A stretch of DNA of 59,686 nt. Source: Atractiella rhizophila. Its lineage: Eukaryota. The notes below the pieces were generated by a model. That model ran no database searches and was not told where the DNA came from. It saw only the letters and a program-made list of their open reading frames with translations. Shown here one piece after another: positions 11,282 through 24,322 of the stretch. Every line of letters begins with the position of its first letter. Within the stretch, counting starts at the first letter, position 1. The stretch spans positions 1 through 59,686 of the forward strand of contig MU271314.1 in assembly GCA_021432655.1 (NCBI GenBank), read 5' to 3'. Both the position numbers and the translations under genes were made by a program.

Positions 11282-14200
11282 ATGGCGATGGATATGGATG
11301 GGAAAGTGCCCGAGAGGAAGCAAAGCGTAGACAGCTCACCAGAGGGTGCGTCCCTTCTTCCCTTCTAAGCTCTGAGCGAACCGGTTGGGTTGGTGACGAT
11401 GCGTTTCCAAAGTGTCTTACGCGACTTATCAATCATCGCGTCGTCCGACCATCACCAAGACGTACGAGAGGAGAGGGAGCGCTGCTACGTCTACTGCCGC
11501 CGGAACCCCTCCTTCGCGCGCACAGTCGTTGAGCGAGAGACCAGCGAGTTCGCTGCATCAGCCAATCGACGGGAACAACTTCTTTGGACAGGCTCAGCCG
11601 CGTCGCTCTTCGCCGAACCCCACTAGTTCTAATTATTTTGGAGGAATCAAGGAAGAGGGGTCGCCGTACGAGCAGACTCAGCGTGCGAGAGAGGACGGGG
11701 ATCGAATGGCGGTGGAATATGTCCCAATAACTATTGCGGAGGAGTCGCCATCCTTCTCCTTTTCGCACTCACAATCACACACATTCTCTCCTTCTCACGA
11801 AACTACCTATGCGCAAGGATCAGGAAAGCTCAGTTCGCTTTTACTACAACAAATCGTCGTCTCTCCGCACTACGATGTGCTCGTCGATGCTTCGTCTCCT
11901 TTCTGGACGACTTTCTACTTCTCCAAACCAACAAGTGACGAGCTAAAACCTGGTCAACACTTCTATTACACCCCTCAAAAGGGTGGATGGACCCTCATCT
12001 CCCCATTCATCGCCGACGGAGAACTAGAAAAAGCGGAGGTCGGTCCATGCAACAGCTCAGAGGACCCAGGACTAGAACATCACTGGATCGAGCGAGCGCG
12101 TCCAGCCATGGAGCTCCCGGAATCGGGAGCAAAGGAGTCGATCGATGCCCGGAGCTACGGGTTGAAGAGAGGATGGTTGGGAGTGGCGATCTGTAGTGCA
12201 TGTGGGAAGAAGGTGGTGTGGTCGACTGAGGCCGGAGGTTGGAATAATGGGTTTGGGCCGTTTTTGAGACACTTTTCGAGAGCGGGAAGGGAGGTGGGGT
12301 ATCAAACGCTTTGGGATGGATGGTATAGGTTTTGGATGTGCGTTTTTTCTTCTTCTTTGAGCATGTGGAAGAGGAGAGTGAGAACGAACTTGATAACGTT
12401 TGGTCTTGTGGAGTAGCATCTTATCCGACCTTTTGTTCAAACCTGCTGTTGAGAATCGGACACTTAATTTCCAAACCTTTGCCAAACCATTGTCATGGGC
12501 TGATCCTCAGCTTTTGTGCGTCGTCCATCCCAGTCCATCCTATTTTCAAAGGTGGTTGCTGAGTGCGCGTGCACCAGGAAAGACATGATCTCTAGGCTTG
12601 GATACACAGACTGCGAAGAAGTGGAGGGGATTGAGCGTGTCAAGCTTCCAATTGTGGACGGGAGCGAGGAGGGGAAGAAGAGGAGGAGGGATCTGGTGAG
12701 GACTTGGGCGGAGGTTGGCGTTAGATTGTATTCTCTCAAGGAGGACCACAGTAAGTCTTAGTTACACAGACGGTGGGCTCGTGTTGATATGATGCGCGCA
12801 GAGGAGGAGATCATTGTCCCAGAGAACAAATTCATCCCTCTACATGTCTTTCAGGCTGTCGAGACCTTGAAGAGAGTTTTTGGGCCTATTGGTGAATCAA
12901 TTTCCACTTGACGCAAGGTGGATACTAAAGATGTCGACAGTGCAACCAGTCAATATGGCTATCAATGCCCCCGCCTTCTCAAAGTACTACGAGGTCTTAG
13001 GCATTCGAGAGATCTCTACAGAGTGCGTACCTCCTCTTAAACTATCTAGACGGTCTAAAAAGGAATAATGTGTATAGTCAGCTCATTGAATTCGCTTACC
13101 GACGTCAACGAGCTTCAAATCGACGCAATCACGCTTATTACCTTGAAGGCAGGTGTTCCTCGTACTATCATCTCGCCATTCGTGTCCTGTTCTAACGGAG
13201 GAAATGCATCAGCTCTCTCCCGAATTGGAGATGTACGTGGTTCCGAATATCTGAAGGGGATAGTGGTACAAGAACGCTCCTGCGGTCTCTACACGACGTC
13301 CGACATCGAAAAGGCTTTTCTCGACCTCACATGTCCTCTAGACGCATCGGAAGACATGATCAGCAAGAAGTTCAATGATCGATGGCATGACAATACAGAT
13401 CCTGCCATACGACACGATCTTCTTGAAGCCCTCAATATTATTGCAACGGAGAGGGAAAGTGACTTGCTCAAGAGTACTTGGGCGAGTTGTAAAGAGGGAC
13501 CGCGAGAGCCGGCTATGGATATTGAGAAAGCGAAGCTGGTGTTGGGGCATATGGACGATATGGACGACGAGATGCTGCTCGCGCTTTACGACATTCGGGT
13601 GAGTTTCCCTCCTTCGTTTATGTTCGTAGCAGTGGATACTAACTCATGCATCAGATTATGGACTCTCCTGGTTTGAAGGACCAGATGAAAACTGCACTAG
13701 AAGTCATTGCCAAGCAGAGGAATAGCGAGGCATTGCTAGAGTTCGTGAAGACTGGGAAGAAACGTGAGCCGTTACTTCCAAGAATGGCTCATTAGATTCT
13801 GACTGCAGGGGTAGCTTCTCCTGGAGCTTTTGCAGCCGCAAAGGCCGCCCGTCCAGACTTTCCGGTGGGACTGGAGAACATTGCCAACACATGCTACCTC
13901 AACTCATTGCTTCAGGTAAGCTCCTTGCGGTCTTGACAACTGAGGTAACCGATGAACGGGACTAGTATTTTTTCACGATCAAAGATCTCAGAGAGATCAT
14001 TTTGCAGGCTGATCAGTTTGAGGAGGATGACACCTCGTCCAAGCTCAAACGCGTAGGAGGGCGGGAGGTGACAAAACCAGAAATTGAACGATCCCGAAGA
14101 TGTATGCTCTCTACGTTGTCTCACTTTCGGCTCATGAGGGAACAACAGTCATCATCTTGCTTCAGCATCTCTTCCTTACCTTACTCACCACCAAAGACGG

Positions 14201-16040
14201 CGCCGTTGTCCCCGAAATTGAGCTTGCAAAACTAGCACTCGTACCTGGCAAGGAAGAAGAACCTCATTCGAACCCGACAGAAAGTACCGAGGCAACGCTC
14301 GTAGACCATGCGGCACCAGCTCATCTGCCCAGTCCGACGACAAGCGTCCTAGGAAAGAGAGGGAGCGAACATTTGGACGAGCGGGAGGGGATGGAGGTGG
14401 AAGGGTTGACAGTGGCGAGTCCGAAGCGGCGAAGTGTGGATGAAGATTATGACATGGTAGAGGAGGAGGAGGAGGCAACTCCTGTCCGTCGTTTCGAACC
14501 GTCCAGGCAGACGGTTGCTGTCCCAGATGAAGATAAGACTATGATTGTTGATGAGTCTGTTGAAGCATCAGCATCATCGTCAGTACAGGATGGCACCCAC
14601 GAAGACGTAGGGATGGAAATAGCTCCTCCGCCTCTGCCTCCTCGTCCAGAGAACCCTCCTACAGAATTCGGACCAGCTCTACCTCCGCCAGATCCCAAAT
14701 CTCAGATGTCGCTTGAGCAACAAGTTGCGTCCTACATGTCTTTCGGTATGTGTCCTACTTGGGCTTCTGGAAGTGTGTTGAAGCTTTCGCGCAGGTAAAC
14801 AAAACGACGTGTCAGAATGCTTGGATAACATCATGTTCCAGATCGAATCTGCATTAGACTCTGAAAAGTTAGCGAAGACGAAGGTGGGAACTGAAAACCT
14901 TGTGAAGGAGTATGTTCGCTGGCTATTTGGCGTTCCAAGTTGATAATCACTTAGTCTCTTTTACGGCCGGACCGTGCAAGAGCTTCGTTTCACAAATCCG
15001 GCGAAGGACGAGGAACCTCGAATTAAGGAAGAAGAGTTCTTTCACCTTCTTGTCGATGTAGCAGAAGAGGGCAGGGATCTGTACGACGGTCTTGATGCCT
15101 CCTTTGATGAATCCGATGTCGAAATTGAAGGACGAACCGCCCAGCGTAGCGTCATGATCAAGGACCTACCACCCATATTGCACATTCAACTCCAGGTTTG
15201 TTCGCCTCCATTGAATCAGGTTGATGTTACTTAGAAAACGTTAGCGCGTACAATACGATCGGATTCTTAAGCGAACATACAAATCTAACGCTCATATGGC
15301 ATACTCTCCTACGATTACGATGGACCGTTATTGTGCTGTCGACCCCACCAACAACCAGGCCGTCGAACGCAAAGAGCGCACGCGAACTTTACGGAAAGAG
15401 CTCGATGAGCAACGAAGTCGTCTGACCCGTATCAAGCAAGGATCCAAAGTGCGCCAAAGCCAGTTCATACTTGCTATCTACTAATGGGATGAGTAGAAGC
15501 CACCGATTACTGAGGTCATGAAGCTCGTTTACGAATCTCTTCCCAAGCGCAATAATCCCATCGAACTCGAATGCATTCCGGATGTTTCTCGCTTTCTAGA
15601 GCACCTGATGCAGGAGAAAATCTATCTCGAAAACGAGATCCAATCCACGGAGAAGCGAATAAAAGAGTTAAAGGATGAGATTGATGAGGTGTGGAAGAGT
15701 TGTCATGAAGCGGACTACGAACTCGCCAGTGTCTTCATGCATCGAGGTCGGTCATCTGCTCAAAACCCTCGATAATCAGCTAAATGTGTCTCTAGGCGAG
15801 GCAAATTACGGTCATTATTTTCTTCTGCAACGGACATTTTCTCCCGATAGTGAATCACCAGAGCTCTCCTCCAGATGGCTCAAGTTGAACGATTCACAAG
15901 TGACAGAGATACCGCAAAAGGACGTCTTGGAGTTTCCGGAAGGAACAGGGAGTGCAAATGCTGCCAACCCTTACTTCTTGAGCTTCGTGAGGAAAGGAAA
16001 GGAGAACTATTTCGAAAAAATCCAGAGGCAAATGGACTGA
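11282..16040 (+). CDS. UBP2: Ubiquitin carboxyl-terminal hydrolase (USP/C19), UBP2-like, multi-exon
   Basis: Cys box PVGLENIANTCYLNSLLQ/YFFTIKDLRE, FG/KQNDVSECLDNIMFQIE, LPPILHIQLQ/RVQYDR, His box YELASVFMHRG/EANYGHY...WLKLNDSQV...ANPYFLSFVRK. Long N-terminal region as in fungal Ubp2. Confidence 0.9.
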
Positions 16041-16817
16041 TGTTGGTTCCATTGTCAGGGAACACAATGGTTATCTGCTGTGATGTTGCCAAGTTGTCTT
16101 TGGGTGGCTTTTGTTAGACGACTTACTACTGTAGTGTTAGTGGCATTTCGCGTGCTCAGCAATTGTGTATAAGTGCAATAACTACTATTCTTGCAGCCTT
16201 GATGATTATGTTACAGCCCCCCCACGATGGTCCCTCAAAAGTATATGAAGAGTGGGTGAACTTAAGATTGATTTGCTCTATTGTCTGGTTAAGAGAGGAG
16301 TGAGTTGTACCTGGACAGGTGAATTTAGCTAAGACTATTCTTTTGGCCAGATATTCAAAAGTTTCTTCTTTCCTTGAATATGTATTTGGTCGACAAGAGG
16401 GGACGCCTCAATTGCCCTAACTATTTCTGCTGTCGCAGTCATCGCTTTCAGTGTGTACACGTGTGCAGGGTGAGGAGAGCTTCCCGTCACCCTTTCTCAG
16501 AAGGTAATGGAACCGCCGGTAGAAGGTGTCGAGCTAATCGAGCAGCATAGCACGTTTAGAGGAAGGAGGGGATTGGATATTTGGGAAGGGACTGGGCTCG
16601 TTCAAAAGTGTGCACTGAGGTCGCAAAGGGACAGAATATGCTTTCTTGCAAAAAAGACTGCGTCAAGACAACAAAATCAGAAAAAAGGTTTGGTGAAATA
16701 GGATATCGAAACAGGGGATGAGGGAATGTGACAGAAGATCCGACCGCAGGGAGAATGGCTGATAGAACAAGGAGAGGAGGGACAAAAAGTTGATCAGGTG
16801 AAGTCCTTTCACTCTTC

Positions 16818-16896
16818 TGACAAGAGTGGGATTCGAACCCACGAACCGAAGATGAGAACTTGAGTCCCACGCCTTTGACCGCTTGGCTATCTTGCC
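16818..16896 (-). tRNA. tRNA-Leu (anticodon CAA), intronless
   Basis: GGCAAGA-TA-GCC AAGCGGTCAAA GGC-G-TGGGA CTCAAGT TCTCA-TCTTCGGTTC-GTGGG TTCGAAT CCCAC-TCTTGTC-A gives a full cloverleaf with A discriminator. A T5 run lies ~30 nt downstream. Confidence 0.9.
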
Positions 16897-18468
16897 ACCT
16901 GACAATGGGTTCACCTGATGTTTCTTATTTATTTCTTTACCATGGAAACCCTCGCAGTGAACAACATGCTTGAGAAAGATTGCTATCACAGACTCGACTG
17001 GCCACTCGAAGAGCTTAAAAGATCCTCTTTTCGGGTTTCTCCATCGCTCCGAAACTTGTCTCCATCGAAGAGTTACTTACTTGCGCTTCTTACTACGTAC
17101 CACCTTTCCTGAATCTTTTTGGGAGCAGGGCTGCAACGAAACTTGCTGTTGTGACGGGGTCAGGAAGATGTTGATTGAATCAATCGCGTGAATCGCGATC
17201 TTGGGAAGTTGTAATAGAACTCAATTTGGCACCCTACTGTCTATTCCTTCTCGATTGGATGCAAACAACAGTGTGATGCGTAATTTCGAGACTCCTCTCC
17301 TCCTTCTTTCCTAATTGCATCCAAAACCTCCAACGATGTCGATTCGATGACACGGCAAGGCGAGGGTCAATTCATCTCCAGCCTCTATCGAGCTCTATCC
17401 TCCAAGTGCGCCAACGTCACGTTCTGGAGCGGGAGCAGAAAGGCTCGAACTTTTATTGGATCACTGTAGGAGCTTGATTAACGGGGAGGGTGCTAACTCA
17501 CTAAGCTTGTCACGGCGCACACGCACGCACTTCATCGCTATCCATCATCACCTCGAACTCTCCTGCTCGTCCATCCGTCGGTCGCCACATCTTCCGGTCA
17601 CGACGTTTCCACGCCCATCGACTTCACGCAAACCAACCCTATATCGGAGTCGAAAGGACTCTGGTGCCTCCAGACATCACTAATTGGACCATCAAGGCGC
17701 GACCAATCCCCTCCGTCCCGAAGTTAATCAGGCAACTTCGACGCTGTGTGCCTGTTCCTTTCCTTCGAAGAGCGCGCTGGAAGATAATTGAGCAGTATTT
17801 TGGAAGAAAGGCAGAGAGGATTGTGGAGGTGGAGTGCGGAGGAGTATGATCCCCTAATATATCCGGTTGTGCGAACTATCTTTATGATCAAGGTATGTCC
17901 ACCCTATTAGGTATCACATTTCACTGACAAGTCATGAGCGGGCAGTTAGTCAAACTCAGAATGTGGACGCCTGATGATTTCGGAGGATGTGCACTTGGAG
18001 AACTCGTTGGACCAAGTGTGAGCAGACCAGCACGTCCTCCCCCATATATACACTAAGATCAGTTACTGATTAGTCAGTCAGGAACAGCTCTTTCATTTCT
18101 GGAATAGTGAAAACTTGAGGGGCACGTATCGCTACAACCATAGGAAGGTGGAGGCACAATCATTCTATATTGTTGTCATCGCAATTCGAAACCGATTTAA
18201 GTCTATCGTCGCAAAATTAAGGAGAAAGACTGCTGGCATACGATGATAGCGAAGAAAGCGGCGCTTTCTTGCACACCTCCCAAAAGCACGTCATGACCTC
18301 TGGCGTTTTCGCATATAGTAACTCGGGTATGTGCTGTGCATCAAGAATGGTGCTCTTGCTTGACCCAGCGTCGACTAATCTCGGGTCAGTCAACACGCGC
18401 CGGGCCAAAGGTGATATAATATCACCTTCCATTGCACAATCCTCGTAACAAGCTCGCTGTGTCTTCCA

Positions 18469-20070
18469 TCACTCCTTCACACTCCCATCACTCTCCTCCA
18501 CTCCACACTCTCTCAACGTGTTCCTGGCGACCTCAATCTCCAGCTCGAACCATGTTCCAAAGAATAAGAGAACGTGCAAAAACGAATTTTGTCCCAGCCG
18601 GTCCCCAAAAACCCAGCGGATAAAGTCTGGGAAATCAAAAGAATCCACCATGCAGTACCGAAGGTCGATGTAATGTATCGCGTTTGCATTCCTCAGAGTG
18701 CTAAAGAAATCGGTAGAAACAAGGTTTGAAGATTCGTCGCCACCATCTAGGCAGAGATATGTGAGTTGCGTGAGGTGTGAGAAGTCAATTGGAGTGGCTA
18801 GGACGGAGGTTTTTCCATCAGGTGAGAAGGGGGCGAGTTCGAGCTTGAGATGTTCTAGAAGCGGGGGCAAAGACGATGCTGAGATAGAGGGCGGGAGTGG
18901 ACACATCTGGGAGAGAGTCAGGTTTCGCAGTGTGCTTGGGAGAGAGAGAGAGAGGAGAGGCGGATAGTCGCGAAGCGTTAGGTCTTTAAGCCCAGGAGGA
19001 CAATGAAGGCTGGTTGAAGCAGAAGCGGCTGGGGAGGAGGGAGAGGGAGGAAGGTCGTCCACTCCAGAAGCATTGAGCGATTTGATCCTTCCTCTCGTCC
19101 TCAGCATAAAGTCCTCTACTTCGTCCTTCCTCCACTTCCTCTGACCGAGGCATCCAAAGGTTACCTCCTCTAATCTTTTCAAGCCTTCAATCGCATTCAA
19201 CATCCTCTCCGCCTCCTCTTCGTCCCAAAACGCATCCATGTACACTTGAGTAAGATTCGGGGAGTCCAAGATGATTTCTTCCACCATATCAACCCCAATA
19301 TATGACTCCAACCACAGACTCCTCCACAGACGTCCAGCGCCAGGATGTTCTTCCAAACGAACATGTTTACCTTCTGCGGAATCAGGTTCATTGTGCTAAG
19401 GGAAAAGGCGCCTCCAGAGTTTGCAGACGGCAGAGAGGTTGGGAGCAGTGCTTGTGAGCTCACCGCCTGTGACGAAGTCGAAGATGAGAGAGAGACGCTC
19501 GATGGGCAGGCGTGAGACAAAGGATGGACTAAACCTTGATGATGTGGACGAGACTTGGATAATGGTTGTACGGGCCGATTTGTCGCCACAGACAGGAACA
19601 ACTCCCTGGTGTACGTTGATCGGCGCGAAAATGCCCCGCGAACGATGTTCTGCCAGAAGCGCAAACCTGCTAGTGATAGGAGCGTCCCGCCGTGGCAACG
19701 TAACCGTAGCCCATCCATCAACTTCACAGCTTGCTGTGATGCATCCTGCGGTAAAAATGATGTACAGGTTCGCTCTACCATTGCTTTCACCTGCGTTTTC
19801 AATGGATTGAATTGAGCAGCTGGACAATATCGAGGGCATTTGTGCATAACCGTCACCCGGGCATTGAGGAGGCCAAATCGAAATGTCGAGTGTGTGGATG
19901 GACGAAGGTAGGCGCGATAGAAAAGAAGGGAGCAGGGAGAGGTGCAGGGAAATGCCGGATCTCCCTGTGACCATGGCATTGACCAGCGCAATCGAGTCTG
20001 ATCCCCTCGAGGCCTGGTGTAAAATAGACCCGTGCTGCTCATTCGCTTGCTCAGAAAAGATGTCATCCTC
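18469..20070 (-). pseudogene. F-box-like/LRR family copy 1, single in-frame TAG
   Basis: ORFs 19396..19974 and 18469..19356 share a frame: SRLPIERLSLIFDF...LSAVCKLWRRLFP*HNEPDSAEGKHVRLEEHPGAGRLW. The TAG at 19396-19398 lies about where paralogs have Tyr. Confidence 0.8.
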
Positions 20071-21696
20071 TGAAAACCAAGATAAATCTTACCTGCATTA
20101 CATCATTGCCAGATAAAACTCCGCCCTTCCCATCATAGTCCTTAATCCAGGACGTGTCGCTCATCGCATACTTGCTCATGGTCCGCCTCCCAATTTCGAT
20201 CAGACTATCCGTCCAATCCCCAAAGAATAGAAGCAAACATAAATTGCGCCCGCGAGACCCGAAGAACCAGCGGATGAAGTCTTGGAAACCCTCCCCGTCG
20301 ATCTCACAGTAGCGAACGTCAATGTGTCGTATTTTCGCCGCATTTCTGAGGGTGTGGAAGAGTCGGGGTGAAACCAGGTTTGAAGTATCCGTGCCACCGT
20401 TCAGGTAGAGGTCGGTGAGGTGTGTGAGGTGTGACAAGTCAAGTGGAGTGGGTAGGATGGAACGCTTTTCGTAGGAGGAGTAGGGGAGAAGCTGTATCGC
20501 GAGATGTTCTAGAAGAGGCGGAAGCGGGCAGTCTGAGATGGATGAAGGGAGCGGACACATGTTGATGAGAGTCAGGCGAGTGAGAGAGCTTGGGAGGGTT
20601 AGCGATGGGAGAGGTGGGTATTTGGAAAGAGTTAGGGTTCTAAGGTCAGGAGGTAATAGAAGGCCTCCTGATGAGGGAGACCATACCACGTCGGACGCAA
20701 CAAGGTGTCTGATCTTGTTATTCGTCTTCCTAATAAAGTCCTCAACCTCACATTGCCTCCACTTTCTCTCACCATTACTCCCAAAGGATACTTCCTCCAG
20801 TCCTTCCAGCCATCCGATTAGTCTCAACACTGTCTTCGCTACTTCTTCGTTCCAATATCCATCTATGTACACTTTTGTGACATTCGGCGAGTGCTCCACG
20901 ATATTTCTCACCATTTCAAGGTCGATATCACACTCAAGCCGCAGCTCGGTCCACAGACGTCCAGCGCCAGGATGCAGGCACAAGTAACATACTTCTCCCG
21001 AGCGGAAACAGGTTCATCCCAATAAGGCGCTGAAACAACAGACCAGAGCTTGCATACCTCGATGGCTGGCAGTACGGGCATGGGATCTGCGTCTTCGCTG
21101 AATGCGAGGAAACTCATGATGAGGGAGAGCATTTCGAGCGGTAGATGTGTGATAGAGCAAGAAATAACCTCCAGCGATACGGGGAGCGCGACTTGAATAA
21201 TGGCCGCGGGGCCCTGATAGAGGGATGGGAAGAATGATGATTTCCCTTTGCGAACAGGGACGAAGCGTTGCCTGTTTGCGGAGTACGCGGCGACGGTGGC
21301 GAAGATTGCATTTGAGCGATTTTGGAGAGGAAAGGAGCGAGTAAACGGTGGTGTTTCCAGTGACAGACCAGTCGAATCGACAAATACAGGCTGCACAAAG
21401 GTTGCTGTGACATTTTCCGGGCTAGCAGTTATGCAAAGGTTCGCCACACCATCCTTTTCGCCCACATTTGAGCAATCTAGGGAAGACAACTTCTGGGTCA
21501 CCTTTGTGAAATTGTCAGGGGAACATCGACGAGATACATCAAAAGTAGTCTGGAGCGTGTGCACCGAAGCTGGTAGCCGGGATAGGAAAGAGGGAAGAAT
21601 TGAGACCTGGAGTGAAAAGTGTCGCTGCGATGGGGTGATGAGATAGATAAATGCCCTCGAGTCTGGTTCACGTATAAATGTTTGTTGCTCAATCAC
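20063..21696 (-). pseudogene. F-box-like/LRR family copy 2, 1-nt deletion frameshift
   Basis: THLPLEMLSLIMSF...VCKLWSVVSAPYWDEPVSAREKYV / LCLHPGAGRLW with a frame break at ~20985. The homologous start codon reads GTG. Confidence 0.8.
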
Positions 21697-22045
21697 TTCC
21701 TCGTCAGGTTGTAGCTATGCATCAACATTAGAAGAGGGAAGAAGAAAGCCGAGCAGAGATTAGAATTCACCTCAATCACAGGGTTGACTTGAATCATCTC
21801 AGACTCAACCATTCTCGGTTCGAGCAAACTGCGGCTTTGAATGTAATCTTCCTTCATCGAAGGGTCGGTGCAGTCGTGAACATCATGCCTTTCCTCGGTT
21901 GCCGCGGATGTTGGAGGGATGCTTGGGTGTTCGTCACGAGTGATTAAGAGCTTTATCTTCTTCCGCTTCTCTTCTGATTCCACTGTCTCCGCGGCGCTGT
22001 TGAATAGGGAAAGAGGACGTTTCCGGGGACGGCAAAGGTTGTCAT

Positions 22046-23030
22046 TTAATAAATGTTCGGGTCATCTTCATGAGAGGGCATGGGCTTTGCCTTCTTTCGC
22101 GTCTGTTCGGATTCCTCCGGGATTCTAGGGCATTCGGAGGAAAGAGGTCGTTTCGGCGGACGGAGAGATTGGTCGCGCGAGGCAACATTGAGGTCCTTGC
22201 GCGAGCATCGCTTGTAGGTCACAGCAGTCGTAGCTTCCTGCAGGAGATCCATTCTGAGCTTTGATAAGGCAGTGTTTTCAGCCTCAAGCGACCCAAGTTT
22301 CATGTCCATTGTCCCCAATCGGTGACCCAGAATTTGCATCTCCCAACTAGTGGTCAGATGATGCAGAGCCTTGCAGTCCTCTTCGGCCTCGTTGGAGTCT
22401 CCCACACGTGAGGTCGCGATTTGAGAGGGTTCAGTGTCTGGGGATGGACGAAGTGGTTCCTTGTCCTGATGATCGAGAAGCGATTGGGTGCAAGTTTCAT
22501 CATCGTCGTTTAGAACCTTCGCGTCCTCGAGATCGTTGAGCTGCGAGCTAGTCTCCTGAAGGTAGGGCACCCAAGATCCTTGTGCCCCTTCCCCTCTCCA
22601 ACCGTAGTGCTCGAAGAATCTTCGCCTATTGCTTGCAGTACGACGAAATCTTTCCGGGATGGCTTGCCATGCATAGACCATCTGTATGAGGTGAATTCGG
22701 TGTTTTCCAATTGAAGGACGTTGCTCATTAACGCCATGAAGTTATCCTTCGACAAGCCTGAGTTGAGAAAACCTTGATCCCCCTGATCCTGACGGGAATG
22801 AGCGCTGAAGTACTGACAGACGATGAACAGACCTACCTTAGTCCTCGAATCCACTGTACCATCTGGCATCTGTGCTAACGCGCTAACTAGCGCCTTCAGG
22901 TTGGAAGGGGAGGTATACTATACGAAATTAAATGTTGTGTTAACTTGAACGGTGCAAGTTTGTTGAAACTTGAAGCAGTCGAGATCGAGAGGATGCTCTA
23001 AAAAGTACTGGATCAAAAGGCGAAATAAAT
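22046..23030 (-). CDS. Hypothetical gene (possibly frameshifted) between F-box-like copies 2 and 3
   Basis: 211-aa ORF 22046..22681 with a coiled-coil-like segment. The upstream piece has a GTAGGT..TCAG intron but needs a frame change near 22700. Confidence 0.4.
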
Positions 23031-23486
23031 TCGCTTCAAGGAGGCGTTAAGGAGGTTGGCTGGGGAGATGGACTGATAAGATGTCGGAACCCGCGTTCGG
23101 ACGTTCGATGGCCAGGTTTGTTTGGCGGTCATGATGTAACTAGAAGAGTTTCATTGAATCGCGAATCGCACATCTGGGAAGTTGAAAGGCAACTGACCTC
23201 TTCGTAATTTCCCTCCATATCGCTCCTAGTGCACATGGGTGTGATAAGAATTTCCTGTGTCATCTCTCGCGCTCCTCAACTCCCATCTCTCTTCAGGTTA
23301 CGCAGGCTCCTACCATCTCTGTCTTCCTTCTTCTCTCCTCAATTGCATCCTAAACCTCCGATGACAGCGAAGACATTGTTGGGCAGGGATCAATTCATCC
23401 CTGTCGTGACGCCGATTTCTGCCAATCTGACACTCCTCCTCGCTCCGCTCAATTTCTGGAAGGGAAAGACTCGAACTTACGGAAAT

Positions 23487-23779
23487 TTCGTAAAAACTGG
23501 GAAACACCCGCACAAAAAAGGATCCGAGGTACGTTCATGGCATTGCACTTTGTGCCAGTTCCTAGGAGGAGTAGAAACCGCATTACTGAGGTCATGAAGC
23601 GGAACCACATCTTTATGCAGCGAGGTACAATACCTATTCCCCTCGGACTTTTAATATTCAAAAATTGAATTTAGCGGAAATCTCTAGGCGAGGCAGGTTG
23701 CTGTGAGTGATTTCTGCTGCAGTGGGTAATTTCGTCAAGATGCCAAATCACCAGAGCTGTTGATGGCTCTAGTTGAACG
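23487..23779 (+). pseudogene. Eroded fragments of the UBP2 3' region
   Basis: Exact colinear matches: ATTACTGAGGTCATGAAGC (23582-23600 = 15506-15524), TCTCTAGGCGAGGCA (23681-23695 = 15789-15803), AATCACCAGAGCT (23746-23758 = 15853-15865). Confidence 0.75.
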
Positions 23780-24322
23780 CCTACGTTTTGGAGGTTGAAG
23801 AAGGGTCAGGGAAGGAAGCGTGAGGCAGGTCCGAAGAGGAGAAGAACTAGTGGGAGAGTAAGGGAGAGGAACGTTAACGTTACAGAGAGGGTAAGAGCGG
23901 AAACGCTGGAAGCTGTAGGAGGCGAAGAATGGAGGTATGGGCAGCCTGCGAATCTGGATGTTTTGACCAAGAGGGAGAAGTGTGGGTGATTAAGTGAGGG
24001 GGAACTGGGAAGGAGAAATGGAGTATTCGTTCCAAAGCTCCGCCGTCTGTTTGTAGAATGGTCGCGATTCGTTCATAGTGCCCATTGCCGCTGTCGTTCA
24101 ATTTGTAAGATATAACTGCATTGTCACTCTGCATTTGAGAGATGATGGCCTAGTCCCAAAAACTCGGCGTGCTGCCACGTGAACACCACAGCTTGACTCC
24201 CCAAGTAATTTGTCCTGTCCCTAGTCAAATCTTTCAATATTAAGCATATTAAGCAGGGCGATACGAGAGTCCTCCTGTTAGGTCTTGTTCAGGGTGGGTC
24301 GAGTCTGAGTGCATCTTCCATG

